DNA of 64,000 nucleotides from assembly GCA_032718475.1 (NCBI GenBank), contig JAUCBJ010000001.1, forward strand, positions 1-64,000, read 5' to 3'. How positions within the stretch are numbered: position 1 is the stretch's first letter; each line of letters opens with the position of its first letter. A program made the translations under genes and the position numbers. Below are positions 13,401 through 29,700 of this stretch, piece after piece. Origin of the DNA: Nemertoderma westbladi. Taxonomy: Eukaryota; Animalia; Xenacoelomorpha. The notes under the pieces were generated by a model. The model was given only the letters and a program-made list of their open reading frames with translations. It was not told where the DNA came from and made no database searches.

Positions 13401-14268
13401 TCAGTAGGTGGCTGATGGACTCTGGAATGTACGATTGTGCGAGTTCTTGAGCCTCAGTAGGTGGCTGACGGACTCAGGAATGTACCAGTGTGTATGAGTT
13501 CTTGAGCCTCAGTAGGTGGCTGACGGACTCAGGAATGTACCAGTGTGTATGAGTTCTTGAGCCTCAGTAGGTGACTGACGGACTCTGGAATGTACCAGTG
13601 TGTATGAGTCCTTGAGCCTCAGTAAGTGACTGACGGACTCTGGAATGTACCAGTGTATATGAGTCCTTGAGCCTCAGTAGGTGGCTGACGGACTCTGGAA
13701 TGTACCAGTGTGTATGAGTTCTTGAGCCACAGTAGGTGGCTGACGGACTCTGCATTACCTGACTCAGGAATGTACGAGTGTGTATGAGTTCTTGAGCGTC
13801 AGTAGGTGGCTGACGGACTCTGCATTACCTGACTCAGGAATGTACGAGTGTGTATGAGTTCTTGAGCCTCAGTAGGTGGCTGACGGACTCAGGAATGTAC
13901 GATTGTGCGAGTTCTTGAGCCTCAGTAGGTGGCTGACGGACTCTGGAATGTACCAGTGTATATGAGTCCTTGAGCCTCAGTAGGTGACTGACGGACTCTG
14001 GAATGTACCAGTGTGTATGAGTTCTTAGCCTCAGTAGGTGGCTGACGGACTCTGGAATGTACCAGTGTGTATGAGTTCTTGAGCCTCAGTAGGTGGCTGA
14101 CGGACTCTGGAATGTACCATTGTGTATGAGTCCTTGAGCCTCAGTAGGTGGCTGACGGACTCTGGAATGTACCAGTGTGTATGAGTCCTTGAGCCTCAGT
14201 AGGTGGCTGACGGACTCAGGAATGTACGAGTGTGTATGAGTTCTTGAGCCTCAGTAGGTGGCTGACGG
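10457..14268. repeat. minisatellite of 55-bp units with an optional 15-bp module (70-bp units), ~60-65 units
   Basis: Core GGAATGTACCAGTGTGTATGAGTTCTTGAGCCTCAGTAGGTGGCTGACGGACTC(T/A), optionally followed by GCATTACCTGACTCA. Higher-order blocks are visible (identical ORFs at 11554, 11899 and 13564). Confidence 0.97.
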
Positions 14269-14721
14269 CCTTTCCTCAAGAATCCCGGAACTAATCAGAT
14301 GAATATTCTGTGCAATATTTTAGTGTCGCTAAACAATTATTGGTTGGCCCTTATTCATGATCTGCACCCGTTTCTATACACCAAATAGTCTCTATATTAT
14401 ATACTACTGTACTACGCAGAGGTCCTTACCTTTACCTACAAAATTAAAAAATGTGTTATGAAGTGATAATCGATATCAGAATCCCAATTAATGACCAGTT
14501 GTTTCTGATCCAATATGGAATTTCCAGACAAACTCCATTAATAGTAACTCATGATTTGATTAATTAAAGGTCATCGGGTCAGTAAAGATGTTGATGGACG
14601 TCGGTCGTTTCCGGGGGTTGAATCCGCATTATACTTTACCGTTTTGGCCTACCACGATTTTTCAGTAAAGCTAGCGCTAAACTAGTGCAGCCACTTTCTC
14701 CTGACACACATTTGCCCCTTT

Positions 14722-17700
14722 AGTCCACTACTACCCAAATCAGACATTCCACTAATATCGGACAGTCCACTACTATCGGACAGTTTACTACTATTGGACA
14801 GTCCACTGCTATCGGACAGTCCATTATTATCGGACAGTCCATTATTATCGGACAGTCCATTATTATCGGACAGTCCATTATTATCGGACAGTCCATTATT
14901 ATCGGACAGTCCATTATTATCGGACAGTCCATTATTATCGGACAGTCCATTATTATCGGACAGTCCATTATTATCGGACAGTCCACTTCTATCGGACAGT
15001 CCATTATTATCGGACAGTCCATTATTATCGGACAGTACATTACTATCGGACAATTTACTACTATTGGACAGTCCACTGCTATCGGACAGTCCATTATTAT
15101 CGGACAGTCCACTGCTATCGGACAGTCCATTATTATCGGACAGTCCATTATTATCGGACAGTCCATTATTATCGGACAGTCCATTATTATCGGACAGTCC
15201 ATTATTATCGGACAGTCCATTATTATCGGACAGTCCATTATTATCGGACAGTCCACTTCTATCGGACAGTCCATTATTATCGGACAGTCCATTATTATCG
15301 GACAGTCCATTACTATCGGACAGTCAATTACTATCGGACAGTTTACTACTATTGGACAGTCCACTGCTATCGGACAGTCCATTATTATCGGACAGTCCAT
15401 TATTATCGGACAGTCCATTATTATCGGACAGTCCATTATTATCGGACAGTCCATTATTATCGGATAGTCCATTATTATCGGACAGTCCATTATTATCGGA
15501 CAGTCCACTACTATCGGACAGTTTACTACTACTGGACATACCACTGCCATCGGACAGTCCATTATTATCGGACAGTCCACTACTATCGGACAGCCCATTA
15601 CTAACGGATTGTCCATTATTATCGGACAGTCCACTTCTATCGGACAGTCCATTATTATCGGACAGTCCACTACTATCGGACAGCCCATTACTAACGGATT
15701 GTCCATTATTATCGGACAGTCCACTTCTATCGGACAGTCCATTATTATCGGACAGTCCATTATTATCGGACAGTACATTACTATCGGACAATTTACTACT
15801 ATTGGACAGTCCACTGCTATCGGACAGTCCATTATTATCGGACAGTCCACTACTATCGGACAGTTTACTACTACTGGACAGACCACTGCCATCGGACAGT
15901 CCATTATTATCGGACAGTCCACTACTATCGGACAGCCCATTACTAACGGATTGTCCATTATTATCGGACAGTCCACTTCTATCGGACAGTCCATTATTAT
16001 CGGACAGTCCACTACTATCGGACAGTCCATTATTATCGGACAGTCCATTATTATCGGACAGTCCATTATTATCGGACAGTCCATTATTATCGGACAGTCC
16101 ATTATTATCGGACAGTCCATTATTATCGGACAGTCCATTATTATCGGACAGTCCATTATTATCGGACAGTCCATTATTATCGGACAGTCCATTATTATCG
16201 GACAGTCCATTACTATCGGACAGTTTACTAATATTGGACAGTCCATTGCTATCGGACAGTTTACTACTATTGGACAGTCCACTGCTATCGGACAGTCCAT
16301 TATTATCGGACAGTCCATTATTATCGGACAGTCCATTATTATCGGACAGTCCATTATTATCGGACAGTCCATTATTATCGGACAGTCCATTATTATCGGA
16401 CAGTCCATTATTATCGGACAGTCCATTATTATCGGACAGTCCATTATTATCGGACAGTCCATTATTATCGGACAGTCCATTACTATCGGACAGTCCATTA
16501 CTATCGGACAATTTACTACTATTGGACAGTCCATTACTATCGGACAGTCCATTACTATCGGACAATTTACTACTATTGGACAGTCCATTACTATCGGACA
16601 GTCCATTATTATCGGACAGTCCATTATTATCGGACAGTCCATTACTATCGGACAGTCCATTACTATCGGACAGTCCATTACTATCGGACAGTCCATTACT
16701 ATCGGACAATTTACTACTATTGGACAGTCCACTGCTATCGGACAGTCCATTATTATCGGACAGTCCATTATTATCGGACAGTCCATTATTATCGGACAGT
16801 CCATTATTATCGGACAGTCCATTATTATCGGACAGTCCATTACTATCGGACAATTTACTACTATTGGACAGTCCACTGCTATCGGACAGTCCATTATTAT
16901 CGGACAGTCCACTACTATCGGACAGTTTACTACTACTGGACATACCACTGCCATCGGACAGTCCATTATTATCGGACAGTCCACTACTATCGGACAGCCC
17001 ATTACTAACGGATTGTCCATTATTATCGGACAGTCCATTATTATCGGACAGTCCACTACTATCGGACAGTCCACTACTATCGGACAGTCCATTATTATCG
17101 GACAGTCCACTACTATCGGACAGCCCATTACTAACGGATTGTCCATTATTATCGGACAGTCCATTATTATCGGATAGTCCACTACTATCGGACAGTCCAC
17201 TACTATCGGACAGTCAATTACTATCGGACAGTCCACTACTATCGGACAGTTTACTACTATTGGACAGTGCACTGCTATCGGACAGTCCATTATTATCGGA
17301 CAGTCCACTACTATCGGACAGTTTACTACTACTGGACAGACCACTGCCATCGGACAGTCCATTATTATCCGACAGTCCACTACTATCGGATAGTCCACTA
17401 CTATCGGATAGTCCACTACTATCGGATAGTCCACTACTATCGGACAGTCCATTACTATCGGACAGTCCATTACTATCGGAGAGTCAATTACTATCGATCA
17501 GTCCACTACTATCGGACAGTACATTATTATCGGACAGTCCATTACTATCGGACAGTCCACTACTATCGGACATTCAATTACTATCGATCAGTCCACTACT
17601 ATCGGACAGTCCATTATTATCGGACAGTCCACTACTATGGGATAGTCCACTACTATCGGATAGTCCACTACTATCGGATAGTCCACTACTATCGGATAGT

Positions 17701-20700
17701 CCACTACTATCGGACAGTCCATTACTATCGGACAGTCCACTACTATCGGACAGTTTACTACTATTGGACAGTGCACTGCTATCGGACAGTCCATTATTAT
17801 CGGACAGTCCACTACTATCGGACAGTTTACTACTATTGGACAGTGCACTGCTATCGGACAGTCCATTATTATCGGACAGTCCACTACTATCGGATAGTCC
17901 ACTACTATCGGATAGTCCACTACTATCGGATAGTCCACTACTATCGGATAGTCCACTACTATCGGACAGTCCATTACTATCGGAGAGTCCACTACTATCG
18001 GACAGTCCACTACTATCGGACAGTCCACTACTATGGGATAGTCCACTACTATCGGATAGTCCACTACTATCGGATAGTCCACTACTATCGGATAGTCCAC
18101 TACTATCGGACAGTCCACTACTATGGGATAGTCCACTACTATCGGATAGTCCACTACTATCGGATAGTCCACTACTATCGGATAGTCCACTACTATCGGA
18201 TAGTCCACTACTATCGGATAGTCCACTACTATCGGATAGTCCACTATTATCCGACAGTTTACTACTATTGGACAGTCCACTTCTATCGGACAGTCAATTA
18301 CTATCGGGCAGTCCATTACTATCGGAGAGTCAATTACTATCGATCAGTCCACTACTATCGGACAGTCCATTATTATCGGACAGTCCATTACTATCGGATA
18401 GTCCACTACTATCGGATAGTCCACTACTATCGGATAGTCCACTACTATCGGATAGTCCATTATTATCGGATAGTCCACTACTATCGGATAGTCCACTACT
18501 ATCGGATAGTCCACTATTATCCGACAGTTTACTACTATTGGACAGTCCACTTCTATCGGACAGTCAATTACTATCGGAGAGTCCATTACTATCGGAGAGT
18601 CCATTATTATCCGACAGTCCACTACTATCGGATAGTCCACTACTATCGGATAGTCCATTATTATCGGACAGTCCATTATTATCGGACAGTCCACTACTAT
18701 CGGACAGTCCATTACTATGGGATAGTCCACTACTATCGGATAGTCCACTACTATCGGATAGTCCACTACTATCGGATAGTCCACTACTATCGGACAGTCC
18801 ACTACTATCGGATAGTCCACTACTATCGGATAGTCCACTACTATCGGATAGTCCACTACTATCGGACAGTCCACTACTATCGGATAGTCCACTACTATCG
18901 GACAGTTTACTACTATGGGATAGTCCACTACTATCGGACAGTTTACTACTATTGGACAGTCCACTTCTATCGGACAGTCCATTATTATCGGACAGTCCAC
19001 TACTATGGGATAGTCCACTACTATCGGACAGTCCACTTCTATCGGACAGTCCACTACTATCGGATAGTCCACTACTATCGGATAGTCCACTACTATCGGA
19101 CAGTCCACTACTATCGGATAGTCCACTACTATCGGACAGTTTACTACTATTGGACAGTCCACTTCTATCGGACAGTCCATTATTATCGGACAGTCCATTA
19201 CTATGGGATAGTCCACTACTATCGGATAGTCCACTACTATCGGATAGTCCACTACTATCGGATAGTCCACTACTATCGGACAGTCCACTACTATCGGATA
19301 GTCCACTACTATCGGATAGTCCACTACTATCGGATAGTCCACTACTATCGGACAGTCCACTACTATCGGATAGTCCACTACTATCGGACAGTTTACTACT
19401 ATGGGATAGTCCACTACTATCGGACAGTTTACTACTATTGGACAGTCCACTTCTATCGGACAGTCCATTATTATCGGACAGTCCACTACTATGGGATAGT
19501 CCACTACTATCGGACAGTCCACTTCTATCGGACAGTCCACTACTATCGGATAGTCCACTACTATCGGATAGTCCACTACTATCGGACAGTCCACTACTAT
19601 CGGATAGTCCACTACTATCGGACAGTCCACTACTATGGGATAGTCCACTACTATCGGACAGTTTACTACTATTGGACAGTCCACTTCTATCGGACAGTCC
19701 ATTATTATCGGACAGTCCACTACTATGGGATAGTCCACTACTATCGGACAGTCCACTTCTATCGGACAGTCCACTACTATCGGATAGTCCACTACTATCG
19801 GATAGTCCACTACTATCGGACAGTCCACTACTATCGGATAGTCCACTACTATCGGACAGTTTACTACTATTGGACAGTCCACTTCTATCGGACAGTCCAC
19901 TACTATCGGACAGTCCACTTCTATCGGACAGTCCACTACTATCGGATAGTCCACTACTATCGGATAGTCCACTACTATCGGACAGTCCACTTCTATCGGA
20001 CAGTCCACTACTATCGGATAGTCCACTACTATCGGACAGTCCACTTCTATCGGACAGTCCACTACTATCGGATAGTCCACTACTATCGGATAGTCCACTA
20101 CTATCGGACAGTCCACTACTATCGGATAGTCCACTACTATCGGACAGTTTACTACTATTGGACAGTCCACTTCTATCGGACAGTCCATTATTATCGGACA
20201 GTCCACTACTATCGGACAGTTTACTACTATCGGACAGTCCACTTCTATCGGACAGTCCACTACTATGGGATAGTCCACTACTATCGGACAGTCCACTTCT
20301 ATCGGACAGTCCACTACTATCGGACAGTCCACTACTATGGGATAGTCCACTACTATCGGATAGTCCACTACTATCGGATAGTCCACTACTATCGGACAGT
20401 CCACTACTATGGGATAGTCCACTACTATCGGACAGTCCACTTCTATCGGACAGTCCACTACTATCGGATAGTCCACTACTATCGGATAGTCCACTATTAT
20501 CGGACAGTCCACTACTATGGGATAGTCCACTACTATCGGACAGTCCACTTCTATCGGACAGTCCACTACTATGGGATAGTCCACTACTATCGGACAGTCC
20601 ACTTCTATCGGACAGTCCACTACTATGGGATAGTCCACTACTATCGGACAGTCCACTTCTATCGGACAGTCCATTATTATCGGACAGTCCACTACTATGG

Positions 20701-23700
20701 GATAGTCCACTACTATCGGATAGTCCACTACTATCGGATAGTCCACTACTATCGGATAGTCCACTACTATCGGATAGTCCACTACTATCGGACAGTCCAT
20801 TATTATCCGACAGTCCACTACTATCGGACAGTCCATTACTATCGGACAGTCCATTACTATCGGACAGTCCATTACTATCGGAGAGTCAATTACTATCGGG
20901 CAGTCCACTACTATCGGACAGTCCACTACTATCGGATAGTCCACTACTATCGGATAGTCCACTACTATCGGACAGTCCACTTCTATCGGACAGTCCACTA
21001 CTATCGGATAGTCCACTACTATCGGACAGTCCACTTCTATCGGACAGTCCACTACTATCGGATAGTCCACTACTATCGGATAGTCCACTACTATCGGATA
21101 GTCCACTACTATCGGACAGTCCACTACTATCGGACAGTTTACTACTATTGGACAGTGCACTGCTATCGGACAGTCCATTATTATCGGACAGTCCATTACT
21201 ATGGGATAGTCCACTACTATCGGATAGTCCACTACTATCGGATAGTCCACTACTATCGGACAGTCCACTACTATGGGATAGTCCATTACTATCGGATAGT
21301 CCACTACTATCGGACAGTCAATTACTATCGGATAGTCCACTACTATCGGATAGTCCACTACTATCGGACAGTCAATTACTATCGGATAGTCCACTACTAT
21401 CGGATAGTCCACTATTATCCGACAGTTTACTACTATTGGACAGTCCACTTCTATCGGACAGTCAATTACTATCGGAGAGTCCATTACTATCGGAGAGTCA
21501 ATTACTATCGATCAGTCCACTACTATCGGACAGTACATTATTATCGGACAGTCCATTACTATCGGACAGTCCACTACTATCGGATAGTCCACTACTATCG
21601 GATAGTCCACTACTATCGGATAGTCCACTACTATCGGACAGTCCACTACTATCGGATAGTCCACTACTATCGGATAGTCCACTACTATCGGACAGTCCAC
21701 TACTATCGGACAGTCCATTATTATCCGACAGTCCACTACTATCGGATAGTCCACTACTATCGGATAGTCCACTACTATCGGATAGTCCACTACTATCGGA
21801 CAGTCCACTACTATCGGATAGTCCACTACTATCGGATAGTCCACTACTATCGGACAGTCCACTACTATCCGACAGTCCACTACTATCGGATAGTCCACTA
21901 CTATCGGATAGTCCACTACTATCGGATAGTCCACTACTATCGGACAGTCCACTACTATCGGATAGTCCACTACTATCGGATAGTCCACTACTATCGGACA
22001 GTCCACTACTATCGGACAGTCCATTATTATCCGACAGTCCACTACTATCGGACAGTCCATTACTATCGGACAGTCCATTACTATCGGACAGTCCATTACT
22101 ATCGGAGAGTCAATTACTATCGGGCAGTCCACTACTATCGGACAGTCCACTACTATCGGACAGTCCATTATTATCCGACAGTCCACTACTATCGGATAGT
22201 CCACTACTATCGGACAGTCCACTACTATCGGACAGTACATTATTATCGGACAGTCCATTACTATCGGACAGTCCACTACTATCGGATAGTCCACTACTAT
22301 CGGATAGTCCACTACTATCGGACAGTCCACTACTATCGGATAGTCCACTACTATCGGATAGTCCACTACTATCGGATAGTCCACTACTATCGGACAGTCC
22401 ACTACTATCGGACAGTACATTATTATCGGACAGTCCATTACTATCGGACAGTCCACTACTATCGGATAGTCCACTACTATCGGATAGTCCACTACTATCG
22501 GACAGTCCACTACTATCGGATAGTCCACTACTATCGGATAGTCCACTACTATCGGACAGTCCACTACTATCGGACAGTCCATTATTATCCGACAGTCCAC
22601 TTCTATCGGATAGTCCACTACTATCGGATAGTCCACTACTATCGGATAGTCCACTACTATCGGACAGTCCACTACTATCGGATAGTCCACTACTATCGGA
22701 TAGTCCACTACTATCGGACAGTCCACTACTATCCGACAGTCCACTACTATCGGATAGTCCACTACTATCGGATAGTCCACTACTATCGGATAGTCCACTA
22801 CTATCGGACAGTCCACTACTATCGGATAGTCCACTACTATCGGATAGTCCACTACTATCGGACAGTCCACTACTATCGGACAGTCCATTATTATCCGACA
22901 GTCCACTACTATCGGACAGTCCATTACTATCGGACAGTCCATTACTATCGGACAGTCCATTACTATCGGAGAGTCAATTACTATCGGGCAGTCCACTACT
23001 ATCGGACAGTCCACTACTATCGGACAGTCCATTACTATCGGAGAGTCAATTACTATCGGGCAGTCCACTACTATCGGACAGTCCACTACTATCGGACAGT
23101 CCATTATTATCCGACAGTCCACTACTATCGGATAGTCCACTACTATCGGATAGTCCACTACTATCGGACAGTCCACTACTATCGGACAGTCCATTATTAT
23201 CCGACAGTCCACTTCTATCGGATAGTCCACTACTATCGGATAGTCCACTACTATCGGATAGTCCACTACTATCGGACAGTCCACTACTATCGGATAGTCC
23301 ACTACTATCGGATAGTCCACTACTATCGGACAGTCCACTACTATCCGACAGTCCACTACTATCGGATAGTCCACTACTATCGGATAGTCCACTACTATCG
23401 GATAGTCCACTACTATCGGACAGTCCACTACTATCGGATAGTCCACTACTATCGGATAGTCCACTACTATCGGACAGTCCACTACTATCGGACAGTCCAT
23501 TATTATCCGACAGTCCACTACTATCGGACAGTCCATTACTATCGGACAGTCCATTACTATCGGACAGTCCATTACTATCGGAGAGTCAATTACTATCGGG
23601 CAGTCCACTACTATCGGACAGTCCACTACTATCGGACAGTCCATTATTATCCGACAGTCCACTACTATCGGATAGTCCACTACTATCGGATAGTCCACTA

Positions 23701-26700
23701 CTATCGGATAGTCCACTACTATCGGATAGTCCACTACTATCGGATAGTCCACTACTATCGGATAGTCCACTACTATCGGACAGTCCACTACTATCGGACA
23801 GTCCACTACTATCCGACAGTTTACTACTATTGGACAGTCCACTTCTATCGGACAGTCAATTACTATCGGGCAGTCCATTACTATCGGATAGTCCACTACT
23901 ATCCGACAGTTTACTACTATTGGACAGTCCACTTCTATCGGACAGTCAATTACTATCGGGCAGTCCATTACTATCGGACAGTCCATTATTATCCGACAGT
24001 CCACTACTATCGGATAGTCCACTACTATCGGATAGTCCACTACTATCGGACAGTCCACTACTATCGGATAGTCCACTACTATCGGATAGTCCACTACTAT
24101 CGGATAGTCCACTACTATCGGATAGTCCACTACTATCGGATAGTCCACTACTATCGGACAGTCCACTACTATCGGATAGTCCACTACTATCGGACAGTCC
24201 ACTACTATCGGATAGTCCATTACTATCGGATAGTCCACTACTATCGGATAGTCCACTACTATCGGACGGACAGTCCATTACTATCGGACAGTCCACTACT
24301 ATCGGATAGTCCACTACTATCGGATAGTCCACTACTATCGGACAGTCCACTACTATCCGACAGTTTACTACTATTGGACAGTCCACTTCTATCGGACAGT
24401 CAATTACTATCGGGCAGTCCATTACTATCGGACAGTCCATTATTATCCGACAGTCCACTACTATCGGATAGTCCACTACTATCGGATAGTCCACTACTAT
24501 CGGACAGTCCACTACTATCGGATAGTCCACTACTATCGGATAGTCCACTACTATCGGATAGTCCACTACTATCGGATAGTCCACTACTATCGGATAGTCC
24601 ACTACTATCGGACAGTCCATTACTATCGGATAGTCCACTACTATCGGACGGACAGTCCATTACTATCGGACAGTCCACTACTATCGGATAGTCCACTACT
24701 ATCGGATAGTCCACTACTATCGGACGGACAGTCCATTACTATCGGACAGTCCACTACTATCGGATAGTCCATTACTATCGGATAGTCCACTACTATCGGA
24801 TAGTCCACTACTATCGGACGGACAGTCCATTACTATCGGACAGTCCACTACTATCGGATAGTCCACTACTATCGGATAGTCCACTACTATCGGACAGTCC
24901 ATTATTATCCGACAGTCCACTACTATCGGATAGTCCACTACTATCGGATAGTCCACTACTATTGGACAGTCCACTTCTATCGGACAGTCAATTACTATCG
25001 GGCAGTCCATTACTATCGGACAGTCCATTATTATCCGACAGTCCACTACTATCGGATAGTCCACTACTATCGGATAGTCCACTACTATTGGACAGTCCAC
25101 TTCTATCGGACAGTCAATTACTATCGGGCAGTCCATTACTATCGGACAGTCCATTATTATCCGACAGTCCACTACTATCGGATAGTCCACTACTATCGGA
25201 TAGTCCACTACTATCGGACAGTCCACTACTATCGGATAGTCCACTACTATCGGACAGTCCACTACTATCGGATAGTCCACTACTATCCGACAGTTTACTA
25301 CTATTGGACAGTCCACTTCTATCGGACAGTCAATTACTATCGGGCAGTCCATTACTATCGGACAGTCCATTATTATCCGACAGTCCACTACTATCGGATA
25401 GTCCACTACTATCGGATAGTCCACTACTATTGGACAGTCCACTTCTATCGGACAGTCAATTACTATCGGGCAGTCCATTACTATCGGACAGTCCATTATT
25501 ATCCGACAGTCCACTACTATCGGATAGTCCACTACTATCGGATAGTCCACTACTATCGGACAGTCCACTACTATCGGATAGTCCACTACTATCGGACAGT
25601 CCACTACTATCGGATAGTCCACTACTATCCGACAGTTTACTACTATTGGACAGTCCACTACTATCGGATAGTCCATTATTATCGGACAGTCCATTATTAT
25701 CCGACAGTCCACTACTATCGGATAGTCCACTACTATCGGATAGTCCACTACTATCGGACAGTCCACTACTATCGGATAGTCCACTACTATCGGACAGTCC
25801 ACTACTATCGGACAGTCCACTACTATCGGATAGTCCACTACTATCGGACAGTCCACTACTATCGGATAGTCCACTACTATCGGACAGTCCACTACTATCG
25901 GATAGTCCACTACTATCCGACAGTTTACTACTATTGGACAGTCCACTACTATCGGATAGTCCATTATTATCGGACAGTCCATTATTATCCGACAGTCCAC
26001 TACTATCGGATAGTCCACTACTATCGGATAGTCCACTACTATCGGACAGTCCACTACTATCGGATAGTCCACTACTATCGGACAGTCCACTACTATCGGA
26101 CAGTCCATTATTATCCGACAGTCCACTACTATCGGATAGTCCACTACTATCGGATAGTCCACTACTATCGGACAGTCCACTACTATCGGATAGTCCACTA
26201 CTATCGGACAGTCCACTACTATCGGATAGTCCACTACTATCCGACAGTTTACTACTATTGGACAGTCCACTACTATCGGATAGTCCACTACTATCGGATA
26301 GTCCACTACTATCGGATAGTCCACTACTATCGGACAGTCCACTACTATCGGGCAGTCCATTACTATCGGACAGTCCATTATTATCCGACAGTCCACTACT
26401 ATCGGATAGTCCACTACTATCGGATAGTCCACTACTATCGGACAGTCCACTACTATCGGATAGTCCACTACTATCGGACAGTCCACTACTATCGGATAGT
26501 CCACTACTATCCGACAGTTTACTACTAACGGATAGTCCACTACTATCGGACAGTCCATTATTATCCGACAGTCCACTACTATCGGATAGTCCACTACTAT
26601 CGGATAGTCCACTACTATCGGATAGTCCACTACTATCGGACAGTCCATTACTATCGGACAGTCCATTACTATCGGACAGTCAATTACTATCGATCAGTCC

Positions 26701-29700
26701 ACTACTATCGGACAGTACATTATTATCGGACAGTCCATTACTATCGGACAGTCCACTACTATCGGACATTCAATTACTATCGATCAGTCCACTACTATCG
26801 GACAGTCCATTATTATCGGACAGTCCACTACTATGGGATAGTCCACTACTATCGGATAGTCCACTACTATCGGATAGTCCACTACTATCGGACAGTCCAC
26901 TACTATGGGATAGTCCACTACTATCGGATAGTCCACTACTATCGGATAGTCCACTACTATCGGATAGTCCACTACTATCGGATAGTCCACTACTATCGGA
27001 CAGTACATTATTATCGGACAGTCCATTACTATCGGACAGTCCACTACTATCGGACATTCAATTACTATCGATCAGTCCACTACTATCGGACAGTCCATTA
27101 TTATCGGACAGTCCACTACTATGGGATAGTCCACTACTATCGGATAGTCCACTACTATCGGATAGTCCACTACTATCGGACAGTCCATTATTATCGGACA
27201 GTCCATTATTATCGATCAGTCCACTACTATCGGATAGTCCACTACTATCGGATAGTCCACTACTATCGGATAGTCCATTATTATCGGATAGTCCACTACT
27301 ATCGGATAGTCCACTACTATCGGACAGTCCATTATTATCGGACAGTCCATTATTATCGATCAGTCCACTACTATCGGATAGTCCACTACTATCGGATAGT
27401 CCACTACTATCGGATAGTCCATTATTATCGGATAGTCCACTACTATCGGATAGTCCACTACTATCGGATAGTCCACTACTATCGGATAGTCCACTACTAT
27501 CGGATAGTCCATTATTATCGGATAGTCCACTACTATCGGATAGTCCACTACTATCGGACAGTCCATTATTATCGGACAGTCCACTACTATGGGATAGTCC
27601 ACTACTATCGGATAGTCCACTACTATCGGATAGTCCATTATTATCGGATAGTCCACTACTATCGGATAGTCCACTACTATCGGATAGTCCACTACTATCG
27701 GATAGTCCACTACTATCGGATAGTCCATTATTATCGGATAGTCCACTACTATCGGACAGTCCACTACTATGGGATAGTCCACTACTATCGGATAGTCCAC
27801 TACTATCGGATAGTCCATTATTATCGGATAGTCCACTACTATCGGATAGTCCACTACTATCGGATAGTCCACTACTATCGGATAGTCCACTACTATCGGA
27901 TAGTCCATTATTATCGGATAGTCCACTACTATCGGATAGTCCACTACTATCGGACAGTCCATTATTATCGGACAGTCCACTACTATGGGATAGTCCACTA
28001 CTATCGGATAGTCCACTACTATCGGATAGTCCATTATTATCGGATAGTCCACTACTATCGGATAGTCCACTACTATCGGATAGTCCACTACTATCGGATA
28101 GTCCACTACTATCGGATAGTCCATTATTATCGGATAGTCCACTACTATCGGACAGTCCACTACTATGGGATAGTCCACTACTATCGGATAGTCCACTACT
28201 ATCGGATAGTCCACTACTATCGGATAGTCCACTACTATCGGATAGTCCACTACTATCCGACAGTTTACTACTATTGGACAGTCCACTATTATCGGACAGT
28301 CAATTACTATCGGGCAGTCCATTATTATCGGACAGTCCACTATTATCGGACAGCACATTACTAACGGACAGTCCATTATTATCGGACAGTCCACTACTAT
28401 CGGACAGTCCACTACTATCGGATAGTCCACTACTATCGGACAGTCCATTATTATCGGATAGTCCACTACTATCGGATAGTCCACTACTATCGGATAGTCC
28501 ACTACTATCGGACAGTCCATTATTATCGGATAGTCCACTACTATCGGATAGTCCACTACTATCGGATAGTCCACTACTATCGGATAGTCCACTACTATCG
28601 GATAGTCCACTACTATCGGATAGTCCACTACTATCGGACAGTCCATTATTATCGGATAGTCCACTACTATCGGATAGTCCACTACTATCGGATAGTCCAC
28701 TACTATCGGATAGTCCACTACTATCGGATAGTCCACTACTATCGGATAGTCCACTACTATCGGACAGTCCATTATTATCGGATAGTCCACTACTATCGGA
28801 TAGTCCACTACTATCGGATAGTCCACTACTATCGGATAGTCCACTACTATCCGACAGTTTACTACTAACGGACAGTCCATTATTATCGGACAGTCCACTA
28901 CTATCGGATAGTCCACTACTATCGGATAGTCCACTACTATCGGATAGTCCACTACTATCGGACAGTCCATTATTATCGGATAGTCCACTACTATCGGATA
29001 GTCCACTACTATCGGATAGTCCACTACTATCGGATAGTCCACTACTATCCGACAGTCCATTATTATCGGATAGTCCACTACTAACGGACAGTCCATTATT
29101 ATCGGACAGTCCACTACTATCGGATAGTCCACTACTATCGGATAGTCCACTACTATCGGATAGTCCACTACTATGGGATAGTCCACTACTATGGGATAGT
29201 CCACTACTATCGGATAGTCCATTATTATCGGATAGTCCACTACTATCGGATAGTCCACTACTATCGGATAGTCCACTACTATCGGACAGTCCACTACTAT
29301 GGGATAGTCCACTACTATCGGACAGTCCATTATTATCGGATAGTCCACTACTATCGGATAGTCCACTACTATCGGATAGTCCACTACTATCGGACAGTCC
29401 ATTATTATCGGATAGTCCACTACTATCGGATAGTCCACTACTATCGGATAGTCCACTACTATCGGATAGTCCACTACTATCGGACAGTCCATTATTATCG
29501 GATAGTCCACTACTATCGGATAGTCCACTACTATCGGATAGTCCACTACTATCGGACAGTCCACTACTATCGGATAGTCCACTACTATCGGACAGTCCAT
29601 TATTATCGGATAGTCCACTACTATCGGATAGTCCACTACTATCGGATAGTCCACTACTATCGGATAGTCCACTACTATCGGATAGTCCACTACTATCCGA

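Noticed and set aside
10457-14268. CRISPR array
   Set aside because: There are no unique spacers (inter-repeat sequence is itself repeated), no cas genes, and the context is a eukaryotic intron.
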